Assembly: GCA_963700145.1 (NCBI GenBank)
Contig: OY969474.1
Location: forward strand, 2,336,001 to 2,400,000
Reading direction: 5' to 3'
DNA from: an uncultured Acidobacteriota bacterium
Lineage (GTDB): Bacteria; Acidobacteriota; Thermoanaerobaculia; Multivoradales; UBA5704
DNA: 64,000 nt
Positions 55,505-64,000 of this stretch are shown one piece after another. A program made the position numbers and the translations under genes. How positions within the stretch are numbered: position 1 is the stretch's first letter; every line of letters starts with the position of its first letter. The notes below the pieces were generated by a model, which saw nothing but the letters and a program-made list of their open reading frames with translations, made no database searches and had not been told where the DNA came from.

Positions 55505-55555
55505 AAGAAGAGCGCGCGTCGGGGCGCGCGGGGGAACGAGCTTAGGGGCGCAACG

Positions 55556-55927
55556 TCATGCGACGCGGCTCTCGGCCGCTTCGTGCATCTCGTCGGGGTC
55601 GTACTCGTAGAGCAGCGAGCGGACCGTCAGGCTCGGCGCCACCGCCATCCCCTCCTCGTAGCTCCACATCGGGATCGTCTCCCACGGGCAGTAGCGGGCG
55701 CAGAGCTGGCAGCCGATGCAGCGCTCGAGGTCCACTTCGACGAGCTTCATGAAGTCGCGGTGCTCGGGGCCGGGGACGATCTCGATGCAGTCCACCGGGC
55801 AGAAGGCGATGCAGGCCTCGCAGCCGGTGCAGCCGGTCTGGTCGATGACCGCGAGCTGCTTCGGCGCCTTGGCGCGCGGCGGCTTGTCGATCTCGATCTT
55901 CTTGGCGTAGGGAAAGCTTTCGGGCAT
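55556..55927 (-). CDS. 2x[4Fe-4S] ferredoxin
   Basis: CTGCEACIAFCP and CIGCQLCARYCP. Confidence 0.9.
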   Translation of the reverse strand: MPESFPYAKKIEIDKPPRAKAPKQLAVIDQTGCTGCEACIAFCPVDCIEIVPGPEHRDFMKLVEVDLERCIGCQLCARYCPWETIPMWSYEEGMAVAPSLTVRSLLYEYDPDEMHEAAESRVA

Positions 55928-55988
55928 CGGGTCTCCGGCCGCGGACGGCGCGCGGATGGTATCAAAAGCGCGTGGCAGAATCCCCGCC

Positions 55989-57035
55989 ATGATCGTCGAG
56001 CGGGTGGCGTGCTTCGTCCGGGACCCGCAGGCGGGATCATTCGACGAGCTGGCTCTCGCCGCCTTCGCCTGGCAGCACGAGCGGATCGAGCCCTACCGCC
56101 GCCTCTGCGCGGCGCGCGGCGCCACACCCGCGACGGTCGCCGACTGGCGGCAGGTGCCGCCGGTCCCCGCCTCTGCCTTCAAGACGATGGAGCTGGCCGC
56201 GGCGCCGGCGGTCGAGGTCTTCAGGAGCAGCGGCACGACGGCGGGGCCGGAGGAGCGGAGCGTCCACCGGCACCCCTTCCCGGAGCTCTATCGCCAGACG
56301 ATCGACGCCGCTTTCCCGGGCTACTGCCTGCCCGCGGCGGCACACGTCCCGATGCTCTCGCTGATCCCGCCGCGGGCGCAGGCGCCGGACTCCAGCCTCG
56401 CCTTCATGATCGACCACGTCCTCGCCCGCTGGGGCTCACCGGAGAGCGTCGTCGCCGTCGGCCCGCGCGGCGTCGAGGCGGCACGCGCCCGCTCCTGGGC
56501 CGGGGCGCGCCAGCGCGAGGGGCGGCCGGTGCTGGTGCTCGGCACCTCGCTGGCCCACCTGCAGTGGCTGGAGACGCTGGAGCGGCAGGACCTGCGCTTC
56601 CGCCTGCCGCCCGGGAGCGCGGCCTTCGACACCGGCGGCTTCAAGGGGCGGGGCCGGGAAACGGCGCCCGGCGAGCTGCATGCGCGACTCGCCGACCGCC
56701 TCGCCGTGCCGCCCGACCGCGTGGTGCGCGAGTACGGCATGACCGAGCTGACGAGCCAGCTTTACACGCGGGCACTCGCCGGCGGCGACCCGGAGCTGTT
56801 CGTCGCGCCGCACTGGGTGCGGGTGCGGGTGCTCGATCCGGAGACGCTGGAGGAGGCGCCGCCGGGGCGCCCCGGGCTGGTGGCCGTCTTCGACCTCGCC
56901 AATCTCGGCTCGGCCGTGCATCTCTTGACCGAGGACCTGGGGGCGATGGAAGAGGGGGGACTCCGGCTCCTCGGCCGCGCAGCGGGCGCCGGCCTGCGCG
57001 GCTGCTCGCTGGCGGCCGAGGAGCTGGAAGCCTGA
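55989..57035 (+). CDS. LuxE-like acyl-protein synthetase
   Basis: FRSSGTT, SSLAFM, DTGGFKGRGRE, EYGMTELTSQ, DLAN...LLTEDLG, LGRA...RGCS. Confidence 0.88.
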   Translation: MIVERVACFVRDPQAGSFDELALAAFAWQHERIEPYRRLCAARGATPATVADWRQVPPVPASAFKTMELAAAPAVEVFRSSGTTAGPEERSVHRHPFPELYRQTIDAAFPGYCLPAAAHVPMLSLIPPRAQAPDSSLAFMIDHVLARWGSPESVVAVGPRGVEAARARSWAGARQREGRPVLVLGTSLAHLQWLETLERQDLRFRLPPGSAAFDTGGFKGRGRETAPGELHARLADRLAVPPDRVVREYGMTELTSQLYTRALAGGDPELFVAPHWVRVRVLDPETLEEAPPGRPGLVAVFDLANLGSAVHLLTEDLGAMEEGGLRLLGRAAGAGLRGCSLAAEELEA

Positions 57036-57041
57036 GCCGTC

Positions 57042-59144
57042 CTACTCGAACGCGCAGACGCTCTCGAGGAGCGCCGCGTCGTGCCCCGTCCCGAGGCCCT
57101 GCTTCGTCGTCTTGAGCACCGTCACCCAGCCCTGCGAGACGACCCCGAAGAGCTCGGCGTCGCGGTGGCCGAGGTCGATCTCGGTCCAGCCGAACGGCTC
57201 GGTCACGTCGAGCGCCGCGCTGCCGACCACGACTGCCTGCGTCGCCAGCGGGAAGCGCTGGCGGGTGGCCGGAAGCGTCGTCACCCCTTCCTCCTCGTCC
57301 CAGGCCACCAGCTCGGGGGCCCCGAGCGGCGCCCACGACGGCGCGCCGCTGCAGTCGACCGGCGCCGCCGCGGCGCTCTTGGTGTCGCGCCAGATGGTGA
57401 GCACGGTCTCGGCCCCGCTCGTCCCGCCCTGTGCGTAGCTCGCCGCGAAGCGGGCGCCGAGCGGCTGGCGGTTGTCGCTCGCCTGGCCGCCGACGTAGCG
57501 GCCGTAGAAGGTATAGCCGGAGCCGTACGCCGTCTCGTCGGCCGCGATGTGCACCGCCTGCTCGCCCTGGGCGATCCGCTTGCGCGAGTCGACGTAGGCG
57601 TACTCGCCGAGAAGCACGTTGTCGTTGGCCGCCACGCCGTGGCCGCCGTCGACGAAGTAGCCCGCGGACGAGGGGTTGAGCGGCGAGCAGGAGTTGACGA
57701 CGTCCACCGTCACGTAGCCGGTGGCCAGGAGGCCCTGGCGCGGGCTGGCGTGGCAGAGGCCGCGGAGCTTGCGGCCGGTCAGGGCCCGCTGCAGCGGCTC
57801 GGCCGCCACCAGCGCCGGCGCCAGGGTGGCGCCGCAGCCCGAGAACTGAGTGGCGCCGTCGGAAAGTGCGCCGACCGGGCTCGTCGCCGCCCCGGTCTCC
57901 GGCAGCACGCCGTTCTCCAGAATGTCGCGCAGGTTGAGCGTCTGCACGTCGAAGCCGGAGAGATAGAGGTTGAAGGTCAGGCTCGGGACCGCCCAGTCGC
58001 TCCACAGGGTGACGCTCACCAGGTGGGCGCGCGAGTCGGCGTTGGTGATCGAGACCATCGTGGTGAGGCCGTTCGGGGTGCCGAGATCGACGCCGAACCA
58101 GGGAATCAGCAGCGTCGCAGCCGGCCGCACCGAGACGCGGCAGTCGCCGCCGTCCGGACAGGCCGGGCCTTCCGCCACGTCTTCGCAGGCGTCGCCGAGG
58201 CCGTCGCCGTCGTCGTCGAGCTGGGCGGGGTTGGCGGAGGACGGGCAGTTGTCGCAGGCGTCGCCGAGGCCGTCGAGGTCGCTGTCGGCCTGGTCGGCGT
58301 TGACCGTCTCCGGGCAGTTGTCGCCGAGGTCGGTGCCTTCGCCGACGTCGTCCCCGCCGGGTGGGATCGGATCCACCGGCGGGAGGCCGCCGCCAGGGGG
58401 TTGGTTACCGCCGCCGGGGGGCGGGGTTCCGCCACCGGGAGGCGGGGTTCCGCCGCCCGGAGGGGGCGGCTCGCCGCCGCCGGCCGGGGGAGGCGGAGGG
58501 GGCGGCGTTCCCAGGGTCGCCAGGTAGAAGGTCTCGAAGCCGCCGTCGGTGTCGCTGATCGTGGCGGCGAGGCCGACGCGGTTCTCGCCGTCGGCGAAGG
58601 CGGCGGCCGCCGAGGACGGATCGTCGAGGGCGAAGGCCCAGCCGGCTTTGCCGACGCCGGAGTCGGTCGCGTCGATCACCAGGGGCACGACGCCGAGCGA
58701 CGCCTGGAAGAGCACCGCTCCGTCCGGAGCCAGGATGCGCATCGCCAGCGCCTCGATCCGCAGGCGGTTCTTCGTCCCGCCCTTGGGCTCGTTGGCGTTA
58801 AAGACGAGCAGGAACTGCTCGGGCGTGGGGTCGCCGACCTCGGCGAGGCGGCGGGTGAGGGTCTGCGAGGCCCCCTTCTTCTCGTCGCCGCCGGCGATCC
58901 CCGCCGGGCAGCCGGGCGCGCCGGGACCGAAGACGTCGGCGCTGCCATTCCAGGAGACGCAGCCCGACTCCAGGTCCTGCTCCTGGATAGTGAGCAGCGT
59001 CTTCACGTGGCCGAGGCCGCTGCCCTGGTGCTGCACGGGGCCGGCGTAGCTGAGCCCCGCGCCGCGCGCGGCGGCCGGGACGATCAGCGCTGCGAAGGCG
59101 AGGACTGCGAGTGAAGGGAGTACACGACGACCGACAGGAACCAT
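57042..59144 (-). CDS. Secreted multidomain protein with a Pro/Gly linker and thrombospondin type 3 repeats
   Basis: Signal peptide, PPPGGG repeats, DNCP...[12 protein letters not shown] twice, C-terminal [10 protein letters not shown] domain. Confidence 0.8.
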   Translation of the reverse strand: MVPVGRRVLPSLAVLAFAALIVPAAARGAGLSYAGPVQHQGSGLGHVKTLLTIQEQDLESGCVSWNGSADVFGPGAPGCPAGIAGGDEKKGASQTLTRRLAEVGDPTPEQFLLVFNANEPKGGTKNRLRIEALAMRILAPDGAVLFQASLGVVPLVIDATDSGVGKAGWAFALDDPSSAAAAFADGENRVGLAATISDTDGGFETFYLATLGTPPPPPPPAGGGEPPPPGGGTPPPGGGTPPPGGGNQPPGGGLPPVDPIPPGGDDVGEGTDLGDNCPETVNADQADSDLDGLGDACDNCPSSANPAQLDDDGDGLGDACEDVAEGPACPDGGDCRVSVRPAATLLIPWFGVDLGTPNGLTTMVSITNADSRAHLVSVTLWSDWAVPSLTFNLYLSGFDVQTLNLRDILENGVLPETGAATSPVGALSDGATQFSGCGATLAPALVAAEPLQRALTGRKLRGLCHASPRQGLLATGYVTVDVVNSCSPLNPSSAGYFVDGGHGVAANDNVLLGEYAYVDSRKRIAQGEQAVHIAADETAYGSGYTFYGRYVGGQASDNRQPLGARFAASYAQGGTSGAETVLTIWRDTKSAAAAPVDCSGAPSWAPLGAPELVAWDEEEGVTTLPATRQRFPLATQAVVVGSAALDVTEPFGWTEIDLGHRDAELFGVVSQGWVTVLKTTKQGLGTGHDAALLESVCAFE

Positions 59145-59286
59145 GACTGGGAACCTCCGCTGATGTGCTGCATTCGTGGTGAATGACCCGATTCCCCCAC
59201 CCGCCCAACTGCGCGGCAATAGCAACTCGAATGCCATCGACGGGCGCGCATAAAACAGTCCGGCCGCGCGGAGGTAGCATCACCCC

Positions 59287-59742
59287 ATGAACCGACCGTC
59301 CGCCGCCTCCCGTGACCTCGCCAAGCTCGACGACTTCACGCCCGGGCAAATCGCCTCGTTCTCGAAGACGATCGGCGAGGTGGAGCTGGCGCTCTTCGTG
59401 GCGTTGAGCGGCGACGTGAACCCGTTGCACGTCGACGAGGAGTTCGCGCGCCGGACGTTCTTCGGCGGCCGCATCGCCCACGGGTTGCTGTCGGCGTCGC
59501 TCATCTCGACGGTGATCGGCACGCTCCTCCCCGGCACCGGCGCGATCTACAAGAGCCAGAGCCTGCGCTTCCTCCTCCCCGTCCACCCCGGCGACACGCT
59601 GACCGCGACCGTCGAGGTGCGCGACCTCGACCGCGCGCAGGGTGACCTCCACCTCGCCACGCAGGTCGCCAACCAGCGCGGCGAGGCGGTGATCGAAGGC
59701 GAGGCGGTCGTCGGGTTAGTGCGGCGGCTGCGGGACGGCTGA
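59287..59742 (+). CDS. MaoC family (R)-hydratase/dehydratase
   Basis: SGDVNPLHVD, RIAHGLL, FLLPVHPGDTL. Confidence 0.92.
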   Translation: MNRPSAASRDLAKLDDFTPGQIASFSKTIGEVELALFVALSGDVNPLHVDEEFARRTFFGGRIAHGLLSASLISTVIGTLLPGTGAIYKSQSLRFLLPVHPGDTLTATVEVRDLDRAQGDLHLATQVANQRGEAVIEGEAVVGLVRRLRDG

Positions 59743-60219
59743 GCCCGCGCCGGCCGCGGCTTCCCAGCGGGCGCGCAGCGCCGCCACCCGCCGGCGGTTG
59801 ACGCCGCGATCGGAGATGCCGATGCGGGAGCCGGAGCGCAGGTGGACGACCTGCGCTTCCGGATCGACCTGGGCCTCGAGGTCGTCGACGAAGCCGAAGA
59901 AGCGCGAGCGGACCTCGGCATGGAGGTAGCCGCCGCCCTGCTGAACGACGCGGCTGCGCGGCAGGCCGGCGACGACCGCGGCCAAGTGCTCGAGCGCCTC
60001 CTCCGGCGCCCCCGAGAACGGCAGCGGCTCGACCGCCCGCCCGCCGCAGCCCGGCTGCGAGCAGACGCAGTTGGTGGCGAAGCGGCAGGGGCGAAGGCGG
60101 CCGTCCTTCAGGCCGCGCGTACGCGGCCGCCGCGACTGCGCCGCCAGCCAGCCGAGGTACGCCGAGTAGGCCGCGGCGAGGGCGGCGAGGACGAGGAGGG
60201 TGAGGAGGCCGCCGGACAT
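59716..60219 (-). CDS. DUF1499 family protein
   Basis: LRPC...NCVCSQ, FGFVDDLE, RSGSRIGISDRGVNRRR. Confidence 0.85.
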   Translation of the reverse strand: MSGGLLTLLVLAALAAAYSAYLGWLAAQSRRPRTRGLKDGRLRPCRFATNCVCSQPGCGGRAVEPLPFSGAPEEALEHLAAVVAGLPRSRVVQQGGGYLHAEVRSRFFGFVDDLEAQVDPEAQVVHLRSGSRIGISDRGVNRRRVAALRARWEAAAGAGSAVPQPPH

Positions 60220-60265
60220 TGGCGGAAGCGCGGCGCCGGGCCGAGCCGCGGGCGCGCGCGGGGAG

Positions 60266-61699
60266 CTAGGCGGCCGCCTCGCCCGAGGTGCGGTGGGCGC
60301 GGAGGAAGGTCTCCGGCTTGCTGAAGACCTTGGCCAGGTTCATCCCCTTGCGCACCGCGCCGAGCGAGACCTTGCCGGTGGCCAGCGCGGCGCCGAGCTG
60401 GAAGTAGGTGCGCGCCTTGCCGCGGTGGCGGTAGCGCACCTCGAGGGCATGCCGCCAGAGGCGCGAGTACTCGGCGTAGAACTCCTCGAGCGGCAGCTTC
60501 GTCGGCAGCACGGTGTGGACGATGTCGTACATCTCCCAGTCGTGCGTCGTGACGTTCTGCTTCGCGGTCTCCCAGAGGTCGGTGCCGGGCAGGGGCGTCA
60601 GGATCGAGAAGCCGCTGTTGTAGGCGCCGGTCGTGGCGATCCACTCGCGCAGGCGGGCGAAGTCCTCGTGGTCCCACGCCGGGTCGACGATGAAGTTGGG
60701 GGTGAAGCCGACGCCCATCTCCTTGAGGATCTCGATCGCCCGGCGGTTGTTGGCCGCCGTGTTGTGCTTGTTGACCAGCTCGAGCCCCGCGTCGGTGATC
60801 GATTCGAGGCCGAGGAAGATCGCCAGGTTGCCGCATCCCTTCCACAGCTCGATCAGGTGCGGGAACTTACAGATGATGTCGGTGCGGGTCTGGACGGTGA
60901 AGTACTTCTTGATCCCCGCCGCCTGGATGGCGCGCGCGATCTGCTCGCTGCGCCGTACGTCCATCCAGAAGATGTCGTCGATGACGAAGATGTTCTCGGC
61001 CTCGATGGCCTGCAGCTCGGCGACGACGCGCTCGGCCGACTTCTCGCGGAAGGTGCTCTCGTGGAACTTCCAGACCGAGCAGAAGTTGCACTTGAAGGGG
61101 CAGCCGCGCGCCATCTCGATCAGCGCCAAGGGCTTGCGGAAGTTGATGTAGTAGTGCGGCGCGTACTCGGCGATCAGGTGCCGCGCCGGCAGGGCGTAGG
61201 AGTCGAGGTCGGCGCGCATCGGGGCGCAGCCGGTGGCGACGGGTCGGCCGTCGACGTTGAGCAGCAGACCGGGCGCCTGGCGCAGGTCGCCGCCGCGCTC
61301 CAGCGCCTCGACCAGCGGCGGCATGACCTCCTCGCCGTCGCCGATCGCCACCGCGTCCACGCCCTCGCCGATGAACCACTCCGGCTCGCGCGAGGCGTCG
61401 TGGCCGCCGATGACGACGAAGGCCTCGGGCAACATGCGCTTGACCTGGCGGACGAGCCGGAGCGTCCGCCGCCGTTCGGTGGTGAAGTTGCACTGCAGGC
61501 CCACGACCTGCGGCGCGAAGTCGAGGCAGCGGGCGAGCCCCTTCTCCTCGCCGTCGATGCGCAGGTCGAAGACCGCGCAGCGGTGCCCCGCCTCCTCCAG
61601 CTGGGCGGCGACGCAGATCATCCCCAGCGGCTCGACGAAGGTGAGCATCTCGAGCCCGAGGATGCCGCCGATCGGCGGCTTGAGGAAGGCGACGTTCAT
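60266..61699 (-). CDS. Cobalamin-binding radical SAM protein (HpnR-like class B)
   Basis: EPLG, GGHDAS, GDGE, RGCPFKCNFC, TPLPGT, HTVLPTKLPLEEFY. Confidence 0.88.
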   Translation of the reverse strand: MNVAFLKPPIGGILGLEMLTFVEPLGMICVAAQLEEAGHRCAVFDLRIDGEEKGLARCLDFAPQVVGLQCNFTTERRRTLRLVRQVKRMLPEAFVVIGGHDASREPEWFIGEGVDAVAIGDGEEVMPPLVEALERGGDLRQAPGLLLNVDGRPVATGCAPMRADLDSYALPARHLIAEYAPHYYINFRKPLALIEMARGCPFKCNFCSVWKFHESTFREKSAERVVAELQAIEAENIFVIDDIFWMDVRRSEQIARAIQAAGIKKYFTVQTRTDIICKFPHLIELWKGCGNLAIFLGLESITDAGLELVNKHNTAANNRRAIEILKEMGVGFTPNFIVDPAWDHEDFARLREWIATTGAYNSGFSILTPLPGTDLWETAKQNVTTHDWEMYDIVHTVLPTKLPLEEFYAEYSRLWRHALEVRYRHRGKARTYFQLGAALATGKVSLGAVRKGMNLAKVFSKPETFLRAHRTSGEAAA

Positions 61700-61717
61700 G
61701 GGAGCGTGGATCTTACC

Positions 61718-62563
61718 TCATGGCTCCAGCCAGAGGCCCACGGCGACGCTGCTCTCGTCGAAGCGGAAGAGCTCGCCGAGCGGCATGCGGCCGTCGTAGA
61801 GGGCGACGCCGAGGCGCCAGCGGCGGTCGCCGGCGGGGACGGAGAGGCCGAGGTGGAGGCTGGAGTCGAGGCGCCAGTCCTGCTCCTGCATCGCCTCCAG
61901 GTTGGCGGCCGCGTACCAGCCGAGCCGCTCGCGCGAGGGAAACGGGCGGTGCAGCTCGGCGCCGGCCTGCAGGCGCCCGCGCTCCTGGCCGAGCTCCCGC
62001 TTGACCTTGTAGCTCCACCCCGCTTCGCCGTAGAGCCGCGCGCCGCGGGCGCCGCTCCACGCCAGGCCGGCCGCGGCCTCCTCGCGGGTGTAGCCGAGGC
62101 GCCGGCGCCCGGTGCGCTCGACGTACTCGTCGCCGACGTGGGCGGAGACGTGCTTGGTGCCGAGCTGGACACTGACGCCGCGGCCGAGGCGCGTGCTGGC
62201 GAGGAAGCCGTAGGTGCCGTCCCAGCCGATGTTGTCGAGCGAGTGTGCGAGGTCGAACTGGCCGATGAAGCCGGCGTGGATGTCGAGCTGCCAGCCGCCG
62301 TCGGGCGCGCCCTCGGGGTGCACGCGGAAGAGGCCGAAGCGGCCGCCGAGCTTGAGGCCAATTCGGCTCGCCCCGGAGTCGGGGACGTCGGGATCGGGAA
62401 CGCGCAAGAGCATGAGCCCGAACTCCGGGCTGCGCGGGTCGGCGGTGTAGTGCGGGTAGAGGCGGTCGGGTGGGAAGAGACGGAAGCGAGCGGCGCCGGC
62501 GGTCGTCGGCGCGAGCAGGAGGGCGCCGGCGACCAGCAGGCCGGCGAGGCGCTGGAGCGGCAT
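61718..62563 (-). CDS. DUF1207-like outer-membrane/exported protein
   Basis: Signal peptide, LYPHYTADPR, HVSAHVGDEY, alternating beta-strand pattern. Confidence 0.7.
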   Translation of the reverse strand: MPLQRLAGLLVAGALLLAPTTAGAARFRLFPPDRLYPHYTADPRSPEFGLMLLRVPDPDVPDSGASRIGLKLGGRFGLFRVHPEGAPDGGWQLDIHAGFIGQFDLAHSLDNIGWDGTYGFLASTRLGRGVSVQLGTKHVSAHVGDEYVERTGRRRLGYTREEAAAGLAWSGARGARLYGEAGWSYKVKRELGQERGRLQAGAELHRPFPSRERLGWYAAANLEAMQEQDWRLDSSLHLGLSVPAGDRRWRLGVALYDGRMPLGELFRFDESSVAVGLWLEP

Positions 62564-62578
62564 GCGACGGAGCGGTCT

Positions 62579-62803
62579 CTATCGCGTGAGCTGGAGGACA
62601 GGAGGCCTGTAGCGGGGCGCGGGAATCGGGTCTCCGTGCTCGTGGGCGACTTCAAGCCAACCTTCCTTCGCGCGCAGCACTTCGCTCAACGCCTCCTCGG
62701 GAGTGTCGCCGGAGGCGGAGCAGTAGCGCAGGTCCGGGACATCGGCGATCCAGCAGGCATCCTCGTCGCTCCAGAAGATGACGATCGGATACGCGTCGGT
62801 CAT
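62579..62803 (-). CDS. hicB: HicB family antitoxin
   Basis: YPIVIFWSDED...VPDLRYCSASGDTPEEAL...GDPIPAP. Confidence 0.9.
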   Translation of the reverse strand: MTDAYPIVIFWSDEDACWIADVPDLRYCSASGDTPEEALSEVLRAKEGWLEVAHEHGDPIPAPRYRPPVLQLTR

Positions 62804-63057
62804 GAGCGACCCTCCAGGCGCAGATTGTAGTCCTCGATCAGCCCCAGGAGCTGGCGGATCTGATATGGCTTGGCTTTGCCGCGATCCGGTTGCACGGTCA
62901 TCTTCTCGGGCAGGCCCGGCCGGCGGAAGTGATGGTGACTCCCTTTGATTCGCACGCAGTGGAACCCGAGACCCTCCAAGAGGTCGCAGAAGGCGGCAAA
63001 ATCAACGTTCTGAACGTGTCCCTTGCGCAGGCGTTCCAGAAGCCGCCTTCGATCCAT
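62800..63057 (-). CDS. hicA: HicA family toxin
   Basis: LGFHCVRIKGSHH...KAKPYQIRQLL; ATGA overlap with hicB. Confidence 0.88.
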   Translation of the reverse strand: MDRRRLLERLRKGHVQNVDFAAFCDLLEGLGFHCVRIKGSHHHFRRPGLPEKMTVQPDRGKAKPYQIRQLLGLIEDYNLRLEGRS

Positions 63058-63122
63058 GCTCCGAGCCCTCCTTGCGGAGGGAAGACGGAATACGGGATCT
63101 CTTTCTTTGCGCGCGGGTCTCC

Positions 63123-64000
63123 ATGAGGCCGCTGCGTGATGCGGCTCTGCCGCCGGGAATGGCGGCACCGCTGTTTGCGGGACGGGAGCGGGCGGGGGTT
63201 GAGTACGAGGGGGCGGTGTGGAACCCCGAGTTGCTGCGGGACCTCGTGGCGGGGTTGGCGGCGAGGGGGCCGGCGCTCGCGGGGCTCTCGGACGCGAGGA
63301 TCCTCGCGGCGTGGTCTGGGGCAGTGAGCGAGGTCGAGGGCGCTGTCGGGGATGTTCTCCCGGCTCTCTGCTGTCTCTCCCACGCCGGAACTCGCGCGGG
63401 GCTCGAGCGCGTGCTGGGTGGGGTGAGCGGGGAGCCGGCGCGGCGGCTTTTCGCGGAGGCTGCGCGGCGGGGCGGCGGGACTCGCGGCGGCGGGCCAGTG
63501 CTCGTGGTCTTGGCTTCGAACCTGCCTGGGCTTGCGGTGCAGCCGCTTCTCGCGCTTCTGGCGCTCCGCCGCCCAGTCCTCTTGAAGTCCCCCTCGGCCG
63601 AGCCGCTCTTCGCGCCGGCCTTCGTCGCGGCGCTCGCGGCGCGGGAGCCGGCTCTGGCCGGCGCGCTCGCCGCCGTGACCTGGCCGGGCGGCGACCGGGC
63701 GCTGGAGGCGCCGGTCCTGGCCGGGGTCGAGCGGGTGATCGCCTACGGCGAGCGCGAGAGCTTGGAGGACCTGGAGCGGCGCGCGCCGGGGAAGCTGGTC
63801 GGTTACGGGCCGAAGACGAGCCTGGCGGTGATCTCAAAGGAGGCGGTGAGAGCGGACGCGGCGGCTCGCTTGGCGGAAGACGTCGCCCTCTTCGATCAGC
63901 GCGGCTGCCTGTCCGTGACCGCGGTCTACACTGACGGCAATGCCGCCGCGCTGGCGCGCCACCTGGCCGCGGCGATGGCGGAGCTGGCCGAGCGCTGGCC
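63123..64000 (+). CDS. LuxC-like acyl-CoA reductase (runs off the window edge)
   Basis: Manual translation from ATG 63123: LASNLPG, LKSPSAEP, VIAYG, GYGPKTS, DVALFDQRGCLS. Confidence 0.85.
   Translation, partial: MRPLRDAALPPGMAAPLFAGRERAGVEYEGAVWNPELLRDLVAGLAARGPALAGLSDARILAAWSGAVSEVEGAVGDVLPALCCLSHAGTRAGLERVLGGVSGEPARRLFAEAARRGGGTRGGGPVLVVLASNLPGLAVQPLLALLALRRPVLLKSPSAEPLFAPAFVAALAAREPALAGALAAVTWPGGDRALEAPVLAGVERVIAYGERESLEDLERRAPGKLVGYGPKTSLAVISKEAVRADAAARLAEDVALFDQRGCLSVTAVYTDGNAAALARHLAAAMAELAERW

Noticed and set aside
55989-64000. Bioluminescence operon
   Set aside because: No luxA, luxB or luxD in the window, and luxE and luxC are not contiguous

Overview
High-GC bacterial chromosomal segment, probably Acidobacteriota (Thermoanaerobaculia-like). 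This is inferred from the acidobacterial PadR plus duplicated orphan permease pair and an ECF sigma/Ser-Thr kinase-TPR pair. Most of the window is housekeeping and envelope genes: BlaI/M56, an acyl-CoA dehydrogenase, glpX, dcd, mpg, recD2, two ECF/anti-sigma operons, uppP, rfbB/rfbC, glnA, sdhCAB, pcnB, a DinG-like helicase, LuxE and LuxC homologues, and a B12 radical SAM enzyme. An accessory defence-type island spans about 31.5-44.5 kb. It holds a type I R-M system with an embedded HEPN-motif gene, a coupled NdpA/YejK-like plus membrane-protein pair (best candidate for an undescribed system), several eroded toxin-antitoxin modules, and an AAA+ ATPase flanked by 23-bp and 21-bp tandem repeat arrays. 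Two candidate small RNAs were also seen. Clusters of indels (about 11.1, 12.0-14.6, 15.9-16.0, 23.0, 35.0 and 41.6 kb) and a G-run tract suggest sequencing error, so frameshift calls are uncertain. No rRNA, tRNA, integrase or CRISPR-Cas was recognised. All family assignments are from recalled motifs, with no database search.
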